A stretch of DNA of 63,423 bases, the filler included, from Choristocarpus tenellus KU-1152 (Eukaryota > Protista > Phaeophyceae): assembly GCA_964200185.2 (NCBI GenBank). It is 10 parts of 10 records of this genome, joined end to end, with 100 filler letters (N's around TTAATTAATTAA, not from the genome) between each part and the next. Parts side by side here need not be neighbours in the genome. Positions count along the whole stretch, not along the records: positions 1 to 23,421 come from CAXNAD020000249.1; positions 23,522 to 26,692 come from CAXNAD020021800.1; 8 more parts are not named here. One strand, 5' to 3'. Both the position numbers and the translations under genes were made by a program. The notes under the pieces were generated by a model that was not told the origin of the DNA, made no database searches, and saw only the letters and a list, made by a program, of their open reading frames with translations. Numbering within the stretch: position 1 is the first letter of the stretch; every line of letters starts with the position of its first letter. Shown here in pieces: positions 12,856-23,600 of the stretch.

Positions 12856-15800
12856 CTAAACTTGTACTTGAGTGGAGATTATATTTTTCCACTTTTCTGC
12901 CTCTGCAGCACTAAAGAGTCCTGGCCGTACAGCCACAACCTGGAACTGGCGCCTTCGCAGGGTGTGTACACCTCGCTTTAAGAACCTGCATCATCACAGG
13001 AAGGGCATGGCAATTCAGTTGGTCGGTAAGCGAAGGGAATTTTGGCAAAGGGAAGTCTGAGACACAGCATCTGTCTTGTAAGGCAGAAGAGGGACACTAA
13101 GTCCTTGCAATATAGGAACATTGATTTGAACATGAGGATACTTTCTCAACAAGATGACATGTCCAACCAAATTGAATTTCATCAATAATCGGCACTGGTT
13201 GGATAGAGCTGAAATACAAGCATATAAAGAGCCTACGGAAATGAGAATGTACAACTTGAGCAGCTCATAGTCAAAGCACGGACCTTGTAACATGTGTTGA
13301 TAGATACTTGTACTCAGCAGTATACTTAACCTGTGAATACTCACTGTTCAACCTGCCTACAGTAGCTCTAACTGCCCCACCCTTGTCACTACCACCCTAT
13401 AGCAGGGTATGACATATATAGCAAGTGCACCCTACCCTCTTCCACAGACTAATAACTGTACAACATTACTGTGAAGAGAGCCAAAAGGGGGACAAACACG
13501 CCTTACAACAGTTCAAACAATGTGTACTTCAGTGTACTCAATTACTGCAAACATTATAGCAGTACAGTTGGGAAAATAACATTGAGTTTTTGATTTATTA
13601 TGTATGGGAAAAGCGGTATCCAATTCCACAGTGTGACGTGCACTGTACCCAACACAACTTTTACCCCAAAAAAGGCTCATAGATTATGAACAAAGGATAG
13701 ACCATGCTTCCACAAGCTCAGCAAATGGAAAATGTGGAATTTTAACAAAGTCCAGCAGGTATATACATTACTTGTGTTTAGGTTATGTGTGCCTGGGGTA
13801 TGGAGGCAAAGTGTATCATGTGAATATGAAACACATAAAAGCAGAGCATACAATACAGTTCAATTGATAAGTCCAATCTCAAATCAAACCCCAACCTATA
13901 CTATATCTCACTCTGCCACTAAGGGTTCAACACTCTCCCAATTGATCCAAGATCCCTAGGAACCTAGAAATGTAGACCCTACAGCAACACTCCCCAACTC
14001 CCCATTTTATGAAGTTTGTCCTCTAGAGACAAGTCAAAGACCAGACACAGACTCCAGAGGTCATCCTCAACCACAACAATACCATGCCACGCACTGAGTT
14101 GCCTGCAGCAGAAGCAGGCTAAGGAGTATTCGCTAACTTCAGCACAACACTATGAGAGACGTTAATGTACATCACATGTGAGAGCATCCTCATTGCTCGG
14201 TAATTGAATGGAGAGTGTACAAGGCAATAATTTCACTCTCAAACTTCGTGGGTTCGAGCGCCCCCAATGCCAAACTCCTTTTAAGGGAAAACTGCTTACA
14301 AAGATTCAAAGTCCACGTGGAAAGCACTACCGGATGTACACCTGTACCACCCCACTTGTTGCTGTACCACAAAAACGCGGGAAACTCAATCAAACTGACA
14401 AGGCTTCATTGCAGAGTGACACCAAGGCATGCCATGCCCAAGACAAGATTTAAGGGGGGGGAGGGAGAATCGAGCGGCAAGATGGCCAAACCCAATGATC
14501 GAGAAGCAAGGCGTGAAGGGAGGTAACATAGTACAATTAGTCATAGTGCATTGTTACAGTAGATAGTTCAAGTAGTGCAGTGTGCAGTGCCTCTAAACAT
14601 ACATCGGTATAGTCCCTAGACACATAATATACTGAGAAATAATACTTTTATGAGCACGCGAGCTCACCTTGCCCAGCCCGTACCTCCATTCTGCAATGCA
14701 CTCTTGATTTCCTTCCCTCTGTGAGATGGGTCAAACACAAGCAGGGTATCCACTGCCTCTACCTTGCCCCCGCCCTTCATACCCCACCTTCGCTCCATGC
14801 CCACCACAGTTCTGGAGTGTCCATCATGCTGAAGGTACAATGGAGGAGGACTCCTTGCTTCCTTCTCATCGCTATCTCTACCCTCTCTGGCAAGTCCCAC
14901 TCCCGAACTTGGTACTGTTTCTCCAAAAGCAAAGGGTCGATTTGACAACTCTTTTCCTACCTCCCCTGCCCCCTTCCCTCCCTCTGATTCAGGAAGCACC
15001 CACAGTGTGCTGAAGTATTGCAAAACCCATGCTGCAACCGCTCCCCCACAGTCTCCACTTCCCACTTCAAAGTGCTTCCTGCCCCACTCACCCATTCCAT
15101 CCTCAATTACTCCAGAAGTCCCACCACCCATGGCCCTGTTGTGAGATTGTAGTGAAGGAAACAAGGCTTGTTGACTCGCATCTACTGCCTCAGGAGTCAA
15201 TTCAGAAGATGTGTACCAGCCTTCTGTGCCATCGTGAGTTTGAATTTTGTCACAAAGGCTCTCCCCTTCTCTGCTTGAACCCTCTCCACCTATAACCTCC
15301 GCCCTTCCCGCCTCTTCTCGTCTGTCAAAGGTCTCTTCTTTGTGAATTGGTAATTCATTCAGGCAGTCAGTCTTGAGAACAGATGAATCGCAAGAATGTG
15401 ACTTGCCTTCCTTTTCACCATGTCCTTTTCCTCCTTTCAGGAAAGGTAGAAGAGAACACTGTCGAGAATCCCTCCTAGTGTGATGCTCTTGCCCTTGAAC
15501 CCACCTCTGCCCCCCTCTTTGCTTTCTTGGTTGTCGTCTTTGGCCCTGGGTCCTGTCCTCAACTCCAAAGCTATCGTTGGGGGTGAAATCCTTGCTCTCA
15601 AAGTCCACCACCTCTGCCTTGACCCCAAAGGACCTGCTCGGCCAATGGAAGCAGGAGCAAGGGGGACCAGGGACTAATGAAACTCCCTCAAAGGGCAGGG
15701 GAGAGTGGGAGACCCCACTGCAGACAGCTCAAAGGTTGCCGCCCACAGCAGACTTGATCAACAATGGGGCAACACACACAGTAGGTCAACATTGCAGGCA

Positions 15801-18800
15801 GAGGTAGCACCATTCTTACGGATTGAAATCATAGGTGCAACAGTGAACACAAGCTATAGAGTGATGACATTCATATGTCCAGAGTTGGCAGGGGGGGAGG
15901 TAGTTTATGTGCAGAAGAATGTAAGAGGGAAAGAAGTCTGGACCAAGAATACAGACAGATGCGCCCTATTTTCTTGGGCTACTTCTTGAGCACTTGTACC
16001 TTCTAGAGTCCTACTAAAGTATGCAAATTATGAAAGTCAGGGTCACTAGACAATGCCCTACTTCTAATGGTAACCATTGTATACATATATATGTATATAG
16101 GTGTTGCACTATGACTAATAGTTAATTGTATTGTTTCCATTTGTGGCTTGCTTCTTACAGTGTCTTGTGTTCAGTCATACCCATCACTCATAACTCCACT
16201 TCCTCAACCGAATCTTATGCTGGACCATCAACGTATCACTCAGCAATGGAGGCCTTCCATCTCACTCTTGGCCCTACTATATACAGTATGGAATGGTGAG
16301 TAGAAAATAGACTGCGAGCAACCTACATTGCGCTTGAGGGCATGACAAACTTAGAGGAGTTTTTTGTGCGGATCTGGAATCCAGTCATCTCTAGTCCCCA
16401 CTCAAGATAACCATCTGTCTAAGGTGCTGAAGTGCCTTGTCTCATCTTCCCCGGTCTTGCCACGTGAAAGTGTTGATCCAACGCTGTTGTTTCTGACCTC
16501 ATCCCCAAAAAAATCTAGGCGACTTGCATCCAACCCTCTCTTGTATCCATAACAGTCCCCACCCCTTCACAGTTCTAGATCTCCACCCTCAGCCTCTCCT
16601 CTGCCTTTCACTCTATCTTCCTTCCAGGCTCCCCTGTAACCCTGGTCCCCACCTGAGAAGGGCAGCGCATTCAGTTGCACCAATCCACGTTTCACTCCCA
16701 ATGAGAGAGCCAACGCCTCCAAGCTGCTCACATCCTTCAGGATCGTATCCATTTGCCCATGCAAGCTCAATCCAAGCCTGGAGCAATGGCACACCAGGGA
16801 TGATACCACTACCCCCAAATAACACTCTTACAACCAGTTGAGAGGGGGGGGGGGGGGGGGGGGGGTTTGANNNNNNNNNNGCAGGTTCGCGTAGGGCTGC
16901 TGGCCCACTGCCCCCGTCGCCCACCCGTACAACATGGGGGGGGGGGGGGGGGGGGGGGGGGGGGATTTGATCGTCTATCTTGTATCACTTGATAGGTGGT
17001 GATGCTAATTTATGCGTGTTGTCATTGCAATCAAACAGCCAGATGCTGTTGCAATGAAATATTGAGTGCACCCATCCGAATTCTGCATCAATTCAAGGAG
17101 CTACCCGTCTGTTGCTCACTGGGCCGCCATGAAACCGCATTTGAGCACCTCAAGCTCTAAATCAACTCCAATTTTTTTTATCCACAGAACTTTGAAGGCA
17201 CAAATGCCAACCCCTCTGTCTCCCAGTCAAAACGCTTCCACTTGAGGCACAGGACCCTGACCCTTCACCTATATATATATAGTATAGCACGGAATGCACT
17301 TGGGGAAGAGAGAACATGGTGCAAAAGGGCCATAACACCTAACCCGCCACAAACTAGACTTCCCACCTGGCGTATTCTGGCACCTCCAGCAACGCTGAAC
17401 ACATCATCTGGATATTGCGGTAACCACAAGACCAACGAGACCCAGTCGCATCCCGCTGGCTAAAGTGTGAAACTGACGGCATGCAAAACACAACCTCAGG
17501 TGCTCTCAGCAGCAGCTCTCTGAACCCACCATGTTTCCCCCCCCCCTGACACTTCCTCCTATGCTGTTTCAAAAGACAACGGCGGAGGAGGGGAATGAGG
17601 CCAAGTGTGCAGGCACCAGTGTCGCCACCTGTCCAGGTTCTTTTGGCCAATTCCTCCAATGATGATGGGATAAGTGAAGAGGCGATATTGGCTGCAGCGG
17701 GGTGGGCAGGTGTTTCCATGCTTCCAGCTGGGAGGAAGGAGGGAGTTGAGAAAGAGGAGGGGGTATGGCCACAAGGTCAAAGTGACTTGTTTCGAGGTAG
17801 GAAGAAAACATTCAGGGATTGTCAGACACTTTGTTGTCATAAGATGGATTAGGTTTGAAAACTAACCAACCTGAACAAACAGCATAGAGATAAGGTGTTT
17901 TTCGAGGTTGGAGTCACGTAGTGTTACCATTTTCACCCACTCTCGAAGTTGATCACTACAGTGACTGTGACAGATGAGAACAGGAGAGAACGCCAAAGTT
18001 TCCGCAGTCCGCCTGAGACTATTTACAATGTGCTGTAATACTGAGTCATGCCACCCAGATGAGTCGTACTAGTTTGAAGGAAGGGCAAACAGCCTACCTG
18101 TCTGAACGTCCTCTAGCGCACAACGCAGTACACCTCCTAGACCCTGAGAGAGGGTAAAGCAATCTCCCTCCTCAATATCGACACTTTGTCCGACTTCAGA
18201 ACTTGGAAGGAGGGCATTATCACATGCCTGACAATGGGTAGTGCCGCTGGGGTTGACAAGGGTGCAGGTCGGACACGGTTGCTCGTCAGCCTTTAGGGTG
18301 CTGTCCCCACCTCTGTGCAGAATTGATCTTTGCCTAACTCCAGTGTTTTCCACCAGGGGTAGCCCACACATCTCACACTCTGCTGAATTTGAGCCAGTGC
18401 CCACAAAGGTACAGCGCGAACAGGAGGCGGTGGCAAAATATTTTGGTGGAGCACTACCGTCCGCCTCTGAAGGTTGATATTTGGGCAATCCAAGTATTCC
18501 CCCTTGCCCGGAAGTAGAAGTGACAATCTGACTCCAAGAGTGGCAAACACCGCTGCTATATCGTGGGTGATCGCAGGCAACACATTTTGAAGGAGCAAAC
18601 CGTTGGCCGTCCCTTGGACAATTTCGAAGAGTGCAGTTTGAACAAATCCATGTGTCCAATGATGGACCGGTGTTCCTATCCCTTGCGGCTAGAGGGGTAA
18701 AAGTCCCACAGGAGTCGCAAGACCTATCAGTCTCGTTTAAGTACGTGCATCTGACACAGGTCCATCGATTTGTATTACCTACCCGAGGTCTCTTCCTTCC

Positions 18801-19001
18801 ATTCCCGCACACTCTGCTCAACTTCGACGATGGGTCGAAGCAGAAATCAATTGCAACATCGTCCGCACTCTGGTTTTCAACGATATTGATTCTTGGAGGT
18901 GTGATAGAGAGATCGATTGTATCCTCAGTCGCCTTCTTACTGTTTGGGGTCATTTGCTGTGCACATTTCGAACGATCAGTATTGACTGAATTTGTCTTCA
19001 T
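12856..19001 (-). CDS. ZUP1: ZUP1/ZUFSP/Mug105-family deubiquitinase (peptidase C78 fold) with four N-terminal RanBP2/NZF-type zinc fingers, ~844 aa
   Basis: Exons (-): 19001-18098, 17727-17367, 16826-16653, 15633-14668, 12985-12856 (TAG); 2535 nt, phases consistent. Motifs: WSCGYRNIQMMCSALL (catalytic Cys), IPGVPLLQAWIELAWANGYDPEG, WIGATECAALLRSFGVKAEVVDF, PPPLYLQHDGHSRTVVG (Gln/His), LLVFDPS (Asp), LRRRQFQVVAV. Fingers: WTCVRCTYLN..CDSC, WICSNCTLRN..CVAC, SCSRCTFVG..CEMC, PCPTCTLVN..CQAC. An in-frame stop lies upstream of ATG 19001. Confidence 0.9.
14040..14450 (+). mobile_element. Possible degraded non-LTR retrotransposon fragment in the last ZUP1 intron
   Basis: Stop-riddled frame reads TELPAAEAG*G ... 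SQTSWVRAPPMP, reminiscent of the post-RT region of CRE-like elements; weak. Confidence 0.25.
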
Positions 19002-21336
19002 GTTCTTTGGTCTGAATAAAGTCAGTGGTTTTAGTCGCTCTCACCGCCACAACTGCACGACTTTGACCTAGACACCAGATAATTAAACCTGCCTCAAGGC
19101 TAATCATCTTCACTACTATGTCTATTTCTTGAAAAACAAGATGCGACTAAACAACCAGTTATAGATATAAATTATGTGCATGTTATGTACATGACAAGAT
19201 CTTTAGGATATTGGAGAGGTGACCAAATCAAAACCAAAGGTTTGTACATGTGACTCCAAAAAGGTGTACCTTTTGAACGCCTTGTCCGTATAATTTATTC
19301 TAATGCTACCATGCTGTTTTTTTTTAAATCCGATTCAGCGCCAAAGAAGTTTATTGAGGGGATAGCTCAAAACACCCTTATTGGAGTGGTAAACTGGGCG
19401 AAGTGTGCATTCCATACAATCACCGCATCACTGGACGGCCTTAAGTATTTCAATCTTCACTCAAACCTTGTACGTTCAACTGATACATACGCCTATTACT
19501 GTTAATACTATCATTATTTTATTATTACTATGCTTCTTTCACCAAGCACTTTACTACTGGTTGGTTGTATGTACCACTTACCGAAACAGCCCCATTCCAC
19601 CCCAGGATTTTTTAACCTGTCAGCCGATGACCTTTTGGTGATTATATCAGCGTCATCATCACTGATGGTTATGGTGCCTCCAAGGTTAAACAGAACTGTC
19701 AGTCTGTCTTACAGTTCTGATCCGAAACATGGATCTCTCTCCGTAATTATAAAAACAATGTACGTCTGTCTCTGTCGGGCCTTGTCAGGAGGTCGAAGAC
19801 TGTTCCACAACAACAATAATAATAACCAACCTCTATATCCACATGACTGACCGACTCTACCAGCCTTTGCCTACCCTACCACTCATACTGGTAGTAGTGG
19901 TGGTGTCTTATCACCAGTACACACCACAAACCAACACTTACTACTAAGCTCCTCCTGCTCTTCTTCCATGGAAGACCTCTGTATGGCGATGAACCCGAAA
20001 GGAACTACACAATTATTATTAAGGCAGTATGGATGGGTGTCTTGATTTTCTTTATTATTGTACACTGTTCAAGATGATGAGCAGTCAATTTTGAATTATT
20101 TGATGTATTATTTATTGTAGGTTTTGCTTTGCTTTTTTTTACGAGGTACTTGGGATATTTATAGTTTTTAGTTTTTTTTAACGCAGTAGTATTAGAAGAT
20201 AGGAAATCCCAAGCCTTGTACCTATTAGTAGAGTTACAGAAGATTAATCACAACAGGAGGAGGAAAGGGAGTTACGATACATGATGAAAGTCGTTCACAT
20301 TTTACGGCAACTCTTACTTTTTAAGGTATTTTTCTGGTATGTGAATAGTTTTCATTGGTTCTTCCCTTGACACGTACATCTAGAAAATTTAAGAGGGCAT
20401 AATAATAAAATAATACATGATGAGTGGTAGTATGATACATGAACAAGGTTAATACTGTCAACACGATTCAGAACACGAATATGTGGTGGCCATAAATATC
20501 AGTCTTGGAATGAATCTAATTTTCTACATAATCTAAAACACTACGTAAAGTCTCATTTTTGGGAGTGTGACACAGATTGTCACGTTCGCTAGAAAACTAT
20601 AGTGTGTTTAGATGCACTGTTAGCAATATTGACGAGTGGGAAAACTCGCTCAAAAATATTATTGTAGCTACTAGTGATGGAGGCAAATATATGTATGGAG
20701 ACATTGAGTCGCATTGTTGATACAGGTTGCAAAACGTCGTAGCAAGTCGTGTTGGCCTCTCAGATTGTATCAACTGCGGTATATTGCATGCAATATCTCT
20801 CCATTTTGACCCACGTTAGTGTTGTGCTTGACGGATTGGTGGGATAATTGGCATGTCCTACAGGACCTATTCTCCACGAAGAACCCCATGATGACCCCAC
20901 ACACACACCCTGATTCGTACTTGTGGGAGGATCATCAGCTTCTGTATACATCGTCACGGTTGGCGTTGCGGTATACATGAGAAATTCTCCGTCTTCACTA
21001 TTGTTCTGAATGGTGTTGATAATAACAAATAATCCCACGGCTAGAACCAAGAAAGGTAAGAGAAAAAATAATATAGAGAAATATTACCCAAACCAAAACC
21101 CGAACATATGTAACCGAACCAACTGAAACTGAATCTGAATCTGCCGTCTACTCATTCCTCCTTGTACGTACGTGGAAAAGGGTGTGAAACATCCTTAGGT
21201 TCATCGCCTCCAATGCACCTCACATAATGACCGCACACGAATGCAAAAAAAAACTGCTCTGGAGAAGATGTAGCGGACGGTCCCTTCTCCGAGTGTTGGT
21301 CACCCCGTGCACACCCCTATACAAACTGATTCCGCC

Positions 21337-22670
21337 ATGACTGAAGCACCTAGCACGGAGACTGAAGCGCTGCATGCAGAACAAGCCAAGCCTTTGAAGC
21401 GGCGCAAACACCCTAATGGCCGGGACAAAGCTGCCCTTCGTCCTTACGTGAAACAAGGTTTGGGGTTCAGCATGAAACCTCGTCAGGATGCAATCGCCGT
21501 CTTGAAAGTCCGAAAGTTGGCCGACGACCAGCAAGAAGGAAGGCTCCACAGTCTGACGATCGGATGCGGTCTGAGCTGTGGAAGGGAGAGGAATCGGCGT
21601 GCTAAGGACTATGCAATAGCCTCTCAACGAGCCACCCACCTGCTCAACCAAGTTCAGGATAGACTGATTGAAGGACGGCGGACAATGGAAGGGATTTTCC
21701 GTGCCATGGGAGCCGAACCGAGGTGAAGCCACGGACCGGACATGCAGCACAACTCACGAGTTAAGGGAGAAGAAGAAGACTGCATGCTTTAAATATCGCA
21801 ACTATACTTGTAGAAGCGTCAATTGACATTCGCGTTCAACAAATTGGGATGCACTCATGTCAACTAAACTTCTTGCATATTCCTATGCCAGATCGAACTT
21901 TAGAAGGATTAATATGCTCCTTCTACGTCTCTCGGCACATTCTCCGCAACAAGAAGTAAGGGAGACACATACCTTGTCGTATTGATAGTAAAATTGACTT
22001 GCTCCCTCCCACCCTAATAACTCTACAATAAACCTGTAACTATTTCAACCTCTTCTTCTCCGACTTCAGCTCCGTGACGATAGGGCAGTTTCGCTTAGCG
22101 TTAGAGTACATATCTGCGAGGACGGGAACAGGGTTACCTTCGCGAGATGCAGAGAATGCGCTTGGGTCCCTTCATGACATGGGGCCTGACCTGTGGCCTG
22201 CACTTGCAAAGACGCTGGATAATGCGTTTCTACCAAGTCAAATTGATGTCTCTGACAGGACTGGAAATGGTACTGCTTCAACTCAGTTGGAGAACAAAGG
22301 GGGAGCACGAGACCTTGAGTGTGGCAGATATAATGTCGAGGGTCAAGGGAAAGATCCCATCAAGGAGCAAGATCAGTTTTTTACCGCTGCTCATTGTGGT
22401 GACACAAGTCCGGAAGAGAAGAATGCAACCTGGCAACATGAATTAAAATCTTCAGCTATACCTGGCACAAAGGCTCCGCATAGTCTTGACCACCTTGCAA
22501 CTGCCCTCGCAGGGATGCCTTCCACAAGGGATGGGGTGTCCCCAGCCTTGACCACCAACGCAGTCAGAGGTCTGATCGACTATTTGTACTTGGACGGCAG
22601 GGACAAGGTGAAGGTCAAGCTACACGGAAAGGGTACTTCTGAAATGTCCACCCAAATGCAATCCTATTAA
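21337..22670 (+). CDS. Hypothetical protein (~328 aa), two exons, with degenerate EF-hand-like segments
   Basis: ATG in ccgccATG context at 21337; exon 21337-21722 (AG|gtgaag) joins in phase to the acceptor gacttcag|22070 and the long ORF ending 22670. Junction reads MEGIFRAMGAEPSSVTIGQFRLAL; later LIDYLYLDGRDKVKV. The 3' end may splice further. Confidence 0.55.
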
Positions 22671-23236
22671 CTCAGTACAACAATTTCCCAGGAGTAGCTA
22701 CTTTATAGGTGGATTTTTTATTCTCTTATTCTCTTGAGGGATTTTGAAAATTCCTCAGAGTAGCAACCTCTCAATCCCTGGAGAACAGAGTTGGAGTTCC
22801 AAACTTGTGGTCTGGTCGTGATTCCACCATGGTGGTTTGTGGTTTGTGATACAGGTATTGATCCGATCGATTCCAGTCTGAATGTGTCTAAACCTGTTAT
22901 TCTACAGTCCAAGTAGTATCATCCCCTGCATGTTGAGAAGCTATTGCACACACAAATATGCGGACACATGGTAGGTCAGTTTATATGAGCTCAAGAATAT
23001 GGTGGACAAGCATGGGCAAAGAGGGCAGACCAAGAGAACAAGAGAGAGGAAGGAGGCTGACATAGCAAGACAAAGGTACAATACACAGAAGCACCTAAAT
23101 TACAATGCTTAGCACAGGATAGAGAAAGGTATTAAGAGTGAAAATAAATGTGAGGTACCCAGGTTTTGGCCGTTTTGTATTTCAAGCCATTTTTTCAATA
23201 TTTTCCTATTTATCCATATTTCTATGATGAAGTGCC

Positions 23237-23421
23237 GAGTGAAAGTATCTTAGGGTTAGGGTACGAGTTTTGCCCTGTTTGTCCATTTGGGGCTTGGCTT
23301 CCCATGTTTTTTTTAATGACATTTTGCTACTCCAAAAAGATTTGGAGCAGATAAAATGTATACGTTATGAAAAGGTGTGTCCGAAACATGGATATTGACA
23401 CTTCCTAACAAACACGATAGC
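23237..23421. mobile_element. MITE family 1 copy truncated by an assembly gap
   Basis: Starts gagtgaaagtatcttagg and matches the family internal sequence up to the N gap. Confidence 0.85.
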
Positions 23422-23521
23422 NNNNNNNNNNNNNNNNNNNNNNNNNNNNNNNNNNNNNNNNNNNNTTAATTAATTAANNNNNNNNNNNNNNNNNNNNNNN
23501 NNNNNNNNNNNNNNNNNNNNN
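23422..23521. other. Artificial contig-joining spacer (N44-TTAATTAATTAA-N44); also at 26693, 30001, 38176, 40834, 43915, 49392, 53254 and 56468
   Basis: Identical 100-nt blocks containing a six-frame stop linker. Confidence 0.95.
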
Positions 23522-23600
23522 CCCCCCTCCCAGATACGTTGGGTCAACGCCTATTTAAAGAAGTTCTTGATGACATACCTGACCATACTTAAATCAATTA

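Noticed and set aside
18631-19071. 146-aa + strand ORF
   Set aside because: Antisense shadow of ZUP1 exon 1.
19311-20065. Exon-like blocks divergent from ZUP1 (small gene or snoRNA host)
   Set aside because: Candidate splice sites do not give a continuous frame and the C/D boxes are not canonical; unsupported without RNA data.
23466-23477. Recurrent TTAATTAATTAA palindrome that could look like a regularly spaced motif or piggyBac target
   Set aside because: Always centred in identical N blocks; it is an assembly linker with stops in all six frames.
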